64,000 nt of DNA from positions 2,369,418 through 2,433,417 of the forward strand of contig JBBCGL010000001.1 of assembly GCA_037200385.1 (NCBI GenBank). The letters run 5' to 3'. Shown piece after piece: positions 47,334-55,839 of this stretch (positions within the stretch are counted from its first letter, which is position 1; every line of letters begins with the position of its first letter). Origin of the DNA: Rhizomicrobium sp. (GTDB lineage Bacteria > Pseudomonadota > Alphaproteobacteria > Micropepsales > Micropepsaceae). The translations under genes were made by a program, and so were the position numbers. The notes under the pieces are model-generated. The model had not been told where the DNA came from. It made no database searches and saw nothing but the letters and a program-made list of their open reading frames with translations.

Positions 47334-50300
47334 TCAAATGCTCCCCAACAGGCCCACGGCGGGCCAATCCCAAAGCGCGGTCGTCGTCGACATGGCGGTC
47401 ACATCGACGGCAGCCGAGGCCCATGTCGCGAAGCCGTTGCTCGTCAGATCGTCGAGGATGGCCGTCCGTTGTTGCGCCACCCAGGAATCGGCGAGCGAGG
47501 ACAGGACGTGGTCGACATTGGGGAGCTGCTCGCTCGCGCTGCCGGACACCGCGATCGACAGGCTCGCAGCACCGGGAGGACCCGATACCCTTCCTACGAC
47601 TTCGTAGTCTGTGGATACCGCCGCGCTGCCATCGGTGAAGCCGGTCTGCGGCGGATCCTCGCGGAACAACAGGTCGGATACCGGGATGGCGGACAAGGTG
47701 TCCGGCGTCTGCGGGATTGGGCTGATCAGGAAGCCCGTGAGCGCGAACGGCACCATGGGCGGGTCGTTCGGCTGGCGACCTGCCCCCTTGTCGGGTGCCC
47801 ATAGCGCGGCGCTCGAAGCCATCAGCATGGGCTGGACCGAGACGCTCGTGACCGGCACCCCTGCGGCGGTCATCAGCGTGACGGTGTGGAAGCTTTGAAT
47901 CGAATTCAGGTGCATCGGCGCGATCGCCAGATCAGGGCACCAGACGGCGTCGGGGTGGTCTTGGTCGACGCCTCCATAAGTCGGCGTCCCGGCCGGCAGC
48001 GACAGGTAGGGATCGCCCGCCGCCGGCGCGACGTTGTAGCTCGTGACGGTGTTGGGGATGACGTAGACGGTCCCCGCGGTAGGGTTGGTGGTCCATTCGG
48101 CGCAGTTCGCCGGAACGGCGCTGCTGGTCAGGAGGCTGAACGTGTCGGGATCCAGGATCCAATCGTAGACCGTGCCATCCGCGGCGGTCTGGCCGCTCGC
48201 GATGAGGCCGGATGGCACGCTCGCCAGTACGACGCCGGCGTCCGTCGTCGGCGTGTCGTCCGTCGCGGCCGACCGGCCGGTTCTCAGCAGGCCAGTCCGG
48301 GGCGACGATGAGCCTGTCGGCAGGAAAGAGGATTTGAACCCGCTCCAAGCCAGAGGCGGCGCCTGCGCGGGAGCCGAGGAGCCGAACGCAACGGTGAATG
48401 AGACGACGTCCAGATGCACATGAGCTTGGCCGCCGAATGACGGACCCCAAATCTGCAGATCCGCGCCGACCTGCACTTTGAGCGTGTGCAGTCCCAGATT
48501 GAGCGCACAGCCCAGTGCCACATAGGCATCGGCCTGATAGCTCAAGGGCGACCACGCGATCAGGAAGTCGGCGCCGGCATTGAACCAGGCCTTGACCGCA
48601 CCCGAATTCCAGGTAGCCGACATCGCTACGCCGCCCATCATCATGGCGGGCAGGAGCGCAAAATAGGCCGAGCCGGTGACCTGGAAGGCCCCAAGGCCGA
48701 AATTGATGGCGAGCCGAGGCACGGCCGGGTAGCCGTCCGGCGGGGTGAATCCGGGATTGTAGCCGCCCACCGTCACAACGCAGTGGCCGGCGTTGGCGCC
48801 GCTTGTCCAGATATTGAAGGCAAAGCCGCCCGTCGGCCGGCAGAAGCTGCCGAAGAGATACGACGCCGGCGACAGCTTGCCTTGCACCGAGAGCTGGCCG
48901 CTCGTGGCGCCGAACGACGCCGCCATGTCGATCTCGATATAGGCGGCCGGCTCGCCGAGCGGCAACGACATGGCGCAGCTACCGATCAACCCGAATTGGA
49001 GGTCGACCCCGAAGGCGACCGTCAGGGCTGCAAAGCCCTCGATCATCTCGAACGAGGTGAACTGGACCCCCGCCGCGACCCAATAGGCTCCGGCCTGCGG
49101 CGGGAAGTTGCTTTGCAGCTGCGGCAGCAGCGTGGTCATGGTCGCGGCGGGCGTGGCGCCCGGCAGAGGCGCGTTCTGCGGCAGCAGGAAATAGCCCGAC
49201 AGGGTGGCTAGCGTGGGCGCCACCAGCGCGGTGTTGACGCCGAAGCCGGCGGCGAGCCCCGTCACGAAGAGGAAGGGCGGCCCGCCCAACGGCACGTCCA
49301 CCATGCCGTATAAAAAGAAGGACGCCGGCGGTCCGGGGACGTAGCCGCCCATCGCCCGAAGACCGAAATTGGCCACTTGCACGCTGACTTCGCCGAAATA
49401 GCCCGGCTCGGCGCCCGTGGCGCGCAGAAAGCCGCCGGCGATCGAGAGCGGGCCGCTGGCGAATCCCAGCGAAAGGCCCTGAAGCCCAAAGGCGACCGAC
49501 AGATCGCTCCCGACAGAGGCGCCGGGCAGCGGCAGCGGAAACACGACGGTCAATCCGTCGAGGTCGAGCGAGAAGCCTCCCAGTGCGAAGGCGGCCACCA
49601 AGCCGAACGTCGCGCGGCCGCTCGCATCGTAATCCAGGCCGATCTGCTGCAACGTTACGGGGCCGAAGCTCTTGCCGATCCGGATCCAATGCACCGGGCT
49701 CGCCGGGCTGGACGTGTTCGTCGCGGAATAGGGAACCGGCAACGCCGGATCGGCGGGCGGTGTTGCCGCCGGCAGCGAAAGCGGCAAGGCGAAGGTGCCC
49801 AGCGGATTCCCCGACGGGTCCAGCAGGCTGGCCGTGAGGGAGAAGCCCGCGCCCGGCGCACCCAGCGTGGTGCCGCCGATGATGGCGTAGGTGGATGCTT
49901 CCGGCGCGCTCGCGTCGCTGCGCGTATAGAGCGGATTGGATGCGGCGGCGACTTGCGGGATCGCGAACGCGACCGGTGTCCCGCCGACCGGCACGCTGGA
50001 ATAGGTGAAGCCGAGCCGGTCGAGCGTCAGTTGGCCGAAGCCGGGGACGTCGCCGACAAGCGGCAGGCTGGAGAGCCGCAGCGCGCCCTCCGACGGCGCG
50101 AAGGTGGCACCCACCGCGAAGAGACCCGACGTATCCGAGGGGGCAGCCGGCGCCGTGGCCGCGAAGCAGATCATGGTGTAGCCGTTGCCGTCGACCGTCA
50201 GGCCGAACTTCGCCGCCGCGCCGAACTGCGTGCTGGAGGTGCCGGAGGACGGCGCGGTGTGGACCACCTGCCCGACGACATAGTCGATCGCCGCGTCGAG

Positions 50301-51002
50301 ATTCAGCTCCGGCGGCAGCTGGACCGTGACGCCGAACTGGCTTGCAACCAGCGCCAGGAATTCGCCGAGCGGCACGATTGCGCTCTGCACGCTGCCGTCG
50401 AAGGTGAACGTGCTGCCGTCGCCTGTCTTGTCGACGGTGGCCGCCAGCGCGACGGGGACGCCGGCGAGAAGAGCATTGAGTCCGACCTGCAGGTTCACTG
50501 CGGTCGCAGCGCCACCGGCCACGGTGTCCGTGGCCTTGAAAGCGATGGCCAGGTTGTCGATGGCGAGCCAGCGTACCAGGGGCGCCGGCAGGGGGATCGC
50601 GCCTTGCGTGGGATCGGCGCTTTCGACCTCGACGCTGATGTTGAAGAGCTTTTTCGTCGCGCTCGAGCTGATCTCGAATGCCTTCACCTGGACCAGCAGC
50701 GCGTTGTCCGAGGTGAACGCCTCCGCGTCGAGGAAGTCGGAGAAGGCGCTTGCGATGTCGCCGATGCCGGGCGCGTTGCGCAGGCTGCCGACTCCGGCAC
50801 CCAGTTGCTGCTCGACGAGGCCGATCAGATCGCCCAAGTTGAATTGGAGCGGCCCGCAAGTGTGCTTCAGGTCCAGCCGGAACAGAAACCCCGCGGATGT
50901 CCCGTCGGCTGCATCCGCCGTATCGGCGACCAGCTCCGACAGCAAGGGGACGGCAACGTCGCCGACGCACAGATGCACCGAGAAACAAAAACCAAACGAC
51001 AT
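47334..51002 (-). CDS. DUF6603-like domain protein (1222 aa), amphipathic beta-strand rich
   Basis: Region ~49690-48380: KSFGPVTLQQIG, LGGPPFLFVTGLAAGFG, YWVAAGVQFTSF, VGGYNPGF..YPAVPRL, AYFALLP.MMMGG. I recall these as DUF6603 motifs; not HMM-verified. Confidence 0.75.
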   Translation of the reverse strand: MSFGFCFSVHLCVGDVAVPLLSELVADTADAADGTSAGFLFRLDLKHTCGPLQFNLGDLIGLVEQQLGAGVGSLRNAPGIGDIASAFSDFLDAEAFTSDNALLVQVKAFEISSSATKKLFNISVEVESADPTQGAIPLPAPLVRWLAIDNLAIAFKATDTVAGGAATAVNLQVGLNALLAGVPVALAATVDKTGDGSTFTFDGSVQSAIVPLGEFLALVASQFGVTVQLPPELNLDAAIDYVVGQVVHTAPSSGTSSTQFGAAAKFGLTVDGNGYTMICFAATAPAAPSDTSGLFAVGATFAPSEGALRLSSLPLVGDVPGFGQLTLDRLGFTYSSVPVGGTPVAFAIPQVAAASNPLYTRSDASAPEASTYAIIGGTTLGAPGAGFSLTASLLDPSGNPLGTFALPLSLPAATPPADPALPVPYSATNTSSPASPVHWIRIGKSFGPVTLQQIGLDYDASGRATFGLVAAFALGGFSLDLDGLTVVFPLPLPGASVGSDLSVAFGLQGLSLGFASGPLSIAGGFLRATGAEPGYFGEVSVQVANFGLRAMGGYVPGPPASFFLYGMVDVPLGGPPFLFVTGLAAGFGVNTALVAPTLATLSGYFLLPQNAPLPGATPAATMTTLLPQLQSNFPPQAGAYWVAAGVQFTSFEMIEGFAALTVAFGVDLQFGLIGSCAMSLPLGEPAAYIEIDMAASFGATSGQLSVQGKLSPASYLFGSFCRPTGGFAFNIWTSGANAGHCVVTVGGYNPGFTPPDGYPAVPRLAINFGLGAFQVTGSAYFALLPAMMMGGVAMSATWNSGAVKAWFNAGADFLIAWSPLSYQADAYVALGCALNLGLHTLKVQVGADLQIWGPSFGGQAHVHLDVVSFTVAFGSSAPAQAPPLAWSGFKSSFLPTGSSSPRTGLLRTGRSAATDDTPTTDAGVVLASVPSGLIASGQTAADGTVYDWILDPDTFSLLTSSAVPANCAEWTTNPTAGTVYVIPNTVTSYNVAPAAGDPYLSLPAGTPTYGGVDQDHPDAVWCPDLAIAPMHLNSIQSFHTVTLMTAAGVPVTSVSVQPMLMASSAALWAPDKGAGRQPNDPPMVPFALTGFLISPIPQTPDTLSAIPVSDLLFREDPPQTGFTDGSAAVSTDYEVVGRVSGPPGAASLSIAVSGSASEQLPNVDHVLSSLADSWVAQQRTAILDDLTSNGFATWASAAVDVTAMSTTTALWDWPAVGLLGSI

Positions 51003-51132
51003 CTCTGCACTCGGCTGGATAGGACGAAAGAATGATGTCTGATGACCAGGCGATCAAATGCAAACCACGGAAGAAATCGTGATCTTTTTGTGCTACTGAA
51101 GTCGTGCACGGACCTTCTTATGGAGCTCCCAA

Positions 51133-51164
51133 TCATTTTAAATACGTCAATTTAAATACGTCAA
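51133..51164 (-). promoter_or_regulatory. Candidate promoter for the island operon, overlapping a 14-bp tandem repeat
   Basis: Plus strand (tttaaatacgtcaa)x2 at 51137-51164. On the minus strand: TTGACG, 18 nt spacer, TAAAAT, in an AT-rich divergent spacer. Confidence 0.55.
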
Positions 51165-51256
51165 TCGCCTTCACTACAAATTTCGGGATAGCCATCTTGG
51201 AAATTAGGTTATGTTTCGTATAAGTATTTTTGGCTGGCAGACATCGAAGTATCCAT

Positions 51257-52225
51257 ATGAAGATCGTATTCTGGAATATTCAGAAAGCGTCGGAAGGCAA
51301 GCTCAAGAAGAATCTGAACTCCGCTATCATCGGGTCCAATGGCTTGGGTAACAACGTCGCGGACTATGTCGTCAAGATCGTTCTGGACGACAAGGTCTGG
51401 GCGACCGCGACGGGCGTGCCTGCCGATGCATTCGTCATCATCGAGCTCGTCAGCGGCGGCAGCGACAAGGGGGGTGACGCCACCGGTACTTGCCTGCCCG
51501 CGCTCACGAAGCTCGAGGGCGCGTTGAATGCGGCCGCCGTTGCGGCAAATTTAAACCCGTTGCCGACTTACAGGCACATTGTCCCCAAGATCACCGGACA
51601 TCGGGAGACCGTTGGCATCCTGTACAACGCGGCCACGCTGACTTATGTGAGCGACGCGGTCATGCGGGATACGGACAACAAATTCCTTCCCAAACGCTCG
51701 CCCCTCTGGGCGAAATTCACCGTGGGATCGACAACCACGGCGCTGAACCTGATCGGCGTGCACGGTCCCACCTCGAAACCAAGCTCGGACATCTATACCG
51801 CGGCGGTCTCCTACACGAACAAGCTGGCCGACATCGCGCAAATCGCGCAGACCGGCTTTATCCCCAAGCAAGCCACCCTGATCGGCGGCGACTTCAATTG
51901 CGACGGCGCTAACACCTATTCGAAGAGCAACAACGGCAAGAACGCCAAGATCAGCGCCTTCGCCGACCTGATCGCTTGCGCCTACACCGTGCCGTTGCTC
52001 ACCGGCACCAAGACCAGCCTGCTGCAAAGCGCCGATCAATCCACCAAACCGCCCGGCTATCTCAGCCAGCCCTACGACAATATCGTGTGCGGCGCACTAC
52101 CAGGAGCGACAGTGAAGGTGATCGATCTCTGCCAGAATGCCCCGACCTGGAGCAAGAACGCCGTGGCGACGTTCAACGCCGCCCGAACCGTCAGCGATCA
52201 CCTACCGATTAGCGTCAACTGGTAA
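51257..52225 (+). CDS. Endonuclease/exonuclease/phosphatase (DNase I-like) family protein
   Basis: MKIVFWNI, IIE, GVHG, GGDFN, YDNI and SDHLP catalytic motifs; no signal peptide. Confidence 0.88.
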   Translation: MKIVFWNIQKASEGKLKKNLNSAIIGSNGLGNNVADYVVKIVLDDKVWATATGVPADAFVIIELVSGGSDKGGDATGTCLPALTKLEGALNAAAVAANLNPLPTYRHIVPKITGHRETVGILYNAATLTYVSDAVMRDTDNKFLPKRSPLWAKFTVGSTTTALNLIGVHGPTSKPSSDIYTAAVSYTNKLADIAQIAQTGFIPKQATLIGGDFNCDGANTYSKSNNGKNAKISAFADLIACAYTVPLLTGTKTSLLQSADQSTKPPGYLSQPYDNIVCGALPGATVKVIDLCQNAPTWSKNAVATFNAARTVSDHLPISVNW

Positions 52226-52249
52226 GCCGCAGCTCTCCGGACGTAGATC

Positions 52250-53380
52250 ATGCCGAACTGGACTTTCGCCGACGACTACGCCGCGCGCTACCCCGCGCTG
52301 GCCAGCTCCGTTCTCAGCCTGCTTGTCTTTTCCGATCATTCGCTGACGGGCTCGGCCTTTGCCGGAACGCTAGACGTGGCCGCGAGCGGGGTCGCGCTGG
52401 AAACGCTGGGCCAACTGAGCGGCGCAACCGCCATCCCCCTGTCCGGCAGTGTCAGCGACGACGACACCACGCTGACCGTGACGCTGGCCTCAACCACCGG
52501 CGCGTTCGGGCTCGACGCCATAAGCGCGATCCCGCTGCTCGGTCCGAAGATCACCGCGGTCGGCATGTCCGTGTCCACGATCGCCGCAGCGAGCGATAGC
52601 GCCGATACCGGGCCGGGTACCGACGATCTCAGCTTTTCGATCGCACTCTCTCTGGGCGGCGACACGGTGACGCTCGCCGGCGCGGTACCGATGAACGGCG
52701 GCCTCTGCACGATCGAGGTCGAGACGACCGGAATCGCGATCGGCATCGACGATCTCGACTTCCTGACCAGCAAGGTCGGCGCGGGCTGGTTTCCCGCCGA
52801 CCAGCTCGGTCCGTTCTCGCAGACCTCGTTGACGCTGATCGGCCTTTCAGTGGACTTGTATCTTGCGCTGGACCCGTTCTCGATCGCCTTCGCCTCTGTG
52901 GCCATCGGCATCGGTTTCACGGGCCAGGCACTGATTGAGAACGTGCTCTATCTAAGCCCGCTGGCGGTTTGGGTCACCATCGCCGCCCCAGACGGCGCGC
53001 CCACCTTCACTTGGGCCCTCATGGGAACGCTCGCGCTCTGCTCGCATCTGAGGCCCGGCAATTATCAGAATCCGGATCTCGCGCTCGACATGAGCATGGA
53101 CCTGAACAATTTCGCCGTTTCGGCCACCCTGGAGAACGAGCAGTCGATCACGGTCAACACGGCGTTGCAGGACTTGGGCGTCGGCAGCATCGGCCTTGGC
53201 GACGACATCATCCTGACCACTCTCGAGATGGATATTACCGTCGACAGCGGCGGCAAGGCGACCGGCTTCGACCTCGATGTCGGCATGTCGGGCAGCCTGG
53301 GCCTGTTCAGCGTGCTGACGGTGGAGAAAATGGAACTGAAGATGTCTTATCTGGCGGACGGAAATGCCCCGTCTAGATAA
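52250..53380 (+). CDS. Hypothetical acidic beta-strand-rich protein (376 aa)
   Basis: 24 nt after the nuclease. Alternating hydrophobic/polar strands, about 8 Lys+Arg against many Asp/Glu. Confidence 0.75.
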   Translation: MPNWTFADDYAARYPALASSVLSLLVFSDHSLTGSAFAGTLDVAASGVALETLGQLSGATAIPLSGSVSDDDTTLTVTLASTTGAFGLDAISAIPLLGPKITAVGMSVSTIAAASDSADTGPGTDDLSFSIALSLGGDTVTLAGAVPMNGGLCTIEVETTGIAIGIDDLDFLTSKVGAGWFPADQLGPFSQTSLTLIGLSVDLYLALDPFSIAFASVAIGIGFTGQALIENVLYLSPLAVWVTIAAPDGAPTFTWALMGTLALCSHLRPGNYQNPDLALDMSMDLNNFAVSATLENEQSITVNTALQDLGVGSIGLGDDIILTTLEMDITVDSGGKATGFDLDVGMSGSLGLFSVLTVEKMELKMSYLADGNAPSR

Positions 53381-53652
53381 CGCACGCCGCAAAACTCCTA
53401 TTCGTGGACATTGCCGGAGGCGCTGACAGAGCTGGTTGCCGCCGACATCGCCGGTGTGCGCGGCTAGCTAGCTCGAGCAAGTCTTGGTGAGCACTGCGCC
53501 GTTCTGATGCAAGCCACCGGTTAAGCGTACATGCAACGGAGGCGTGCAAACCGCTGAATGATATTGTGAAGAACGTCCGCCGAACAACCCGTGGAAAAGA
53601 CGTGGAAACCGCATCCTACAACCAAAAAACCGGGAATTCTGCGGACGCAACC

Positions 53653-53698
53653 CCCTTCACACGGGAGGGGTCACAGGTTCAATCCCTGTCGCCCACCA
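53653..53698 (+). repeat. att site: duplicate of the tRNA-Val 3' half
   Basis: cccttcacacgggaggggtcacaggttcaatccctgtcgcccacca matches 38594-38641 except for a 2-bp deletion in gcgccc. Confidence 0.92.
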
Positions 53699-53824
53699 TT
53701 TTGCGGCCTGTCTTGCGCATCGGCGCGCTGCGCATGGCCTCGAAATAGTGGAAAAGAGCCCATCAAGCCTCGAACCTTTCGGAGCCGGTGCAGACCGGTT
53801 CGAAACACGAAAAGGGGCGATGCC

Positions 53825-54532
53825 ATGAAACTTCCATTTTACAAGCTGTTGGCGGCATATTCGGCGGCGATCACCACGCTGCTGATCGGCCAGCAGGTCG
53901 GCCAGGCTGTCGGCGCACCCGACAAGACGAGCTTCGGCGAGATCGACGTGCAACGGATCAACATCCGAGAAAGGGACGGGACGCTGAGAATGGTCGTCTC
54001 GGACCGCGACCGCTTTCCCGGTCTTATCTGGCGCAACAAGGACTATCCGCATACCAGCCGCACCAATGTCGCCGGCATGCTGTTCTTCAACGATGAAGGT
54101 ACCGAGAATGGCGGGCTCACCTTCGGCGGCGCCAATGACGGCAAGGTGCATAGCTTCGGCCATCTGAGCTTCGACCAATACGAACAGGACCAGGTCGTCA
54201 CTTTGGAGCAAGCCGAAAGCGACGGTCGCCGCACGGCAGGGCTGACGATCGTCGACCGGCCCGACAAATCGATGAACATCCCCGGGATTCAAGACATCGT
54301 GACATTGCCCGAGGGGCCGGAGAGAACGGCCGGCATTGCAAAGCTCGTCAGCGAAGGGGTCGTCGGCAATCACCCGCGCGTCTTCCTGGGCAAGCAGGAC
54401 GGTGCGTCGATGCTGACGCTCAAGGACGAGGATGGCCACGACCGGCTGCGCCTGACCGTGTCGAAGGATGGAAAAGCAGCCATCGAATTCGTCGATGCGA
54501 CGGGCAAGGTGACAAAGACGGTCACGCCCTAG
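53825..54532 (+). CDS. Hypothetical exported or membrane-anchored protein
   Basis: ATG at 53825 behind AAGGGG. Hydrophobic N-terminus, then EIDVQRINIRERDGTLRMVVSD...MLFFNDEGTENGGL. Confidence 0.75.
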   Translation: MKLPFYKLLAAYSAAITTLLIGQQVGQAVGAPDKTSFGEIDVQRINIRERDGTLRMVVSDRDRFPGLIWRNKDYPHTSRTNVAGMLFFNDEGTENGGLTFGGANDGKVHSFGHLSFDQYEQDQVVTLEQAESDGRRTAGLTIVDRPDKSMNIPGIQDIVTLPEGPERTAGIAKLVSEGVVGNHPRVFLGKQDGASMLTLKDEDGHDRLRLTVSKDGKAAIEFVDATGKVTKTVTP

Positions 54533-55839
54533 CGGTATTGCGGCGGATAGCCGCCGGCCGGTCTCGTGCGGTAGCGTGCGGCCAAGTCGTCCGCGCGGCT
54601 CCCGAGCGATTGCTGCCGGCCGCGAATGAAGATCGCAACCGGCTGGGAATAGGGTTCGAATGGATCGCCGCTCCACACCACGACGTCGCCCTCCTTTCCC
54701 GGATCGAGCGAACCTACCTGTTCGTCAAGGCCGAAGATGCGCGCCGGGTTGATGGTGATGGCAGCCAAGGCATCGGCATGCGAAAGGCCGTGGGCCACCG
54801 CAACGCCGGCATCGTAGCGAAGCTCGCGGATACGGAAACTGCCGCCGGCGCTGCTGTGAAAGGCGATCAGGACGCCGGCTTTCCGCAGCGCCGCGGCGTT
54901 GTCCAGCGTCGCGCCGATGGATTCGAAGGTCGCCGGCAAATCGTCCAACGGTCCGAGAATGACGGGCACATGGGCGGCGGCGATCTCGCCAGCCACCTTC
55001 CAGCCCTCCTCGGCACCATCCAGAATGACTCTTAGCCTCTCGCGCTGCGCCAATCTGAGAACTTCGTGGATGTCGGACGCGCGATGCACGTAGATCAGGA
55101 CAGGCGTGGTTCCGTGCACCACCGGAACCAGCGCTTCGAGATCGGCGCGCGACAGGGAAAGCGCGCGCGATGCCCCATTGTTATAGGCATTCCGGTGGCC
55201 TTCGTACCAGCGAACGTCGTCGAACACGGTTTCGAGCTGGCCGATCGCGGCACCCCGCGCGCCGCCCGCCCGGGCCGAACCGGACTCGCCCAGCGCCAAC
55301 ACCATCGCGACCTTCGGCTTGACCAGAATGTCTTCCGCCGCACCCAGATGGATGGCCGCCGCCTGACCGGCGAACAGGAACTGGCGGCCGGGCGGCGGAT
55401 GAAATCCGGGCCGCTCATCGGCATAGCCCGGGGTCGCGATGGCGCGGGTGATGCCGCCGAGCCGCGCCGCGCGAATGGGCACCGAATAGGGATTGAGGCC
55501 GTATTCGACGTCGAACGCCGCGCTCAGCTGGTCGTTGTAATTGACCAGGTCCACGGTCGACGGTTCCTGCCCGACTTCCACCAGCCCCAATTGCGCATCC
55601 GGCGCGATAAATCCGGGCGTGACCGGTCCGCCTTTGGCATCGATCACGATGGCACCAGCGGGCACGGCAAGGCCGGCGCCCAGCGCGGCGATCTTGCCAT
55701 CCTTCAGGACCAACGTGCCCGACGGGATCTCTCCGGCCGCGCCTTCGCTGAGGATGTGCGCATGGACGATCGCGATGCTCTGCGCGGAGGCGGGCGCGGC
55801 AAGAAGACTGGCTGCGAGCAGCAACGGACGGAGCTTCAC
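54529..55839 (-). CDS. Amidohydrolase-fold protein, secreted, lacking the HxH metal motif
   Basis: Signal peptide; DAKGGPVTPGFIAPDAQLG; ITINPARIFG..GSLDPGKEGDVVVWSGDPF. Confidence 0.85.
   Translation of the reverse strand: MKLRPLLLAASLLAAPASAQSIAIVHAHILSEGAAGEIPSGTLVLKDGKIAALGAGLAVPAGAIVIDAKGGPVTPGFIAPDAQLGLVEVGQEPSTVDLVNYNDQLSAAFDVEYGLNPYSVPIRAARLGGITRAIATPGYADERPGFHPPPGRQFLFAGQAAAIHLGAAEDILVKPKVAMVLALGESGSARAGGARGAAIGQLETVFDDVRWYEGHRNAYNNGASRALSLSRADLEALVPVVHGTTPVLIYVHRASDIHEVLRLAQRERLRVILDGAEEGWKVAGEIAAAHVPVILGPLDDLPATFESIGATLDNAAALRKAGVLIAFHSSAGGSFRIRELRYDAGVAVAHGLSHADALAAITINPARIFGLDEQVGSLDPGKEGDVVVWSGDPFEPYSQPVAIFIRGRQQSLGSRADDLAARYRTRPAGGYPPQYR

Larger units (their letters stand above)
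38642..53698. mobile_element. Genomic island integrated at tRNA-Val(CAC); no integrase seen
   Basis: Bounded by the tRNA 3' half and its duplicate at 53653-53698. Contains only non-housekeeping genes and none of the host palindromic repeats. Confidence 0.8.

Noticed and set aside
38927-53380. Prophage, T6SS or contractile injection system interpretation of the island
   Set aside because: No recognisable capsid, terminase, sheath, tube, baseplate, VgrG or PAAR motifs; kept only as something to test by structure search.
51003-53400. Invertible segment carrying the nuclease and the 376-aa gene
   Set aside because: No inverted repeats were found at the two ends, and there is no invertase.
53381-53652. 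Possible integrase C-terminus before the att copy
   Set aside because: The frames I translated gave only short, stop-interrupted peptides without recombinase motifs.
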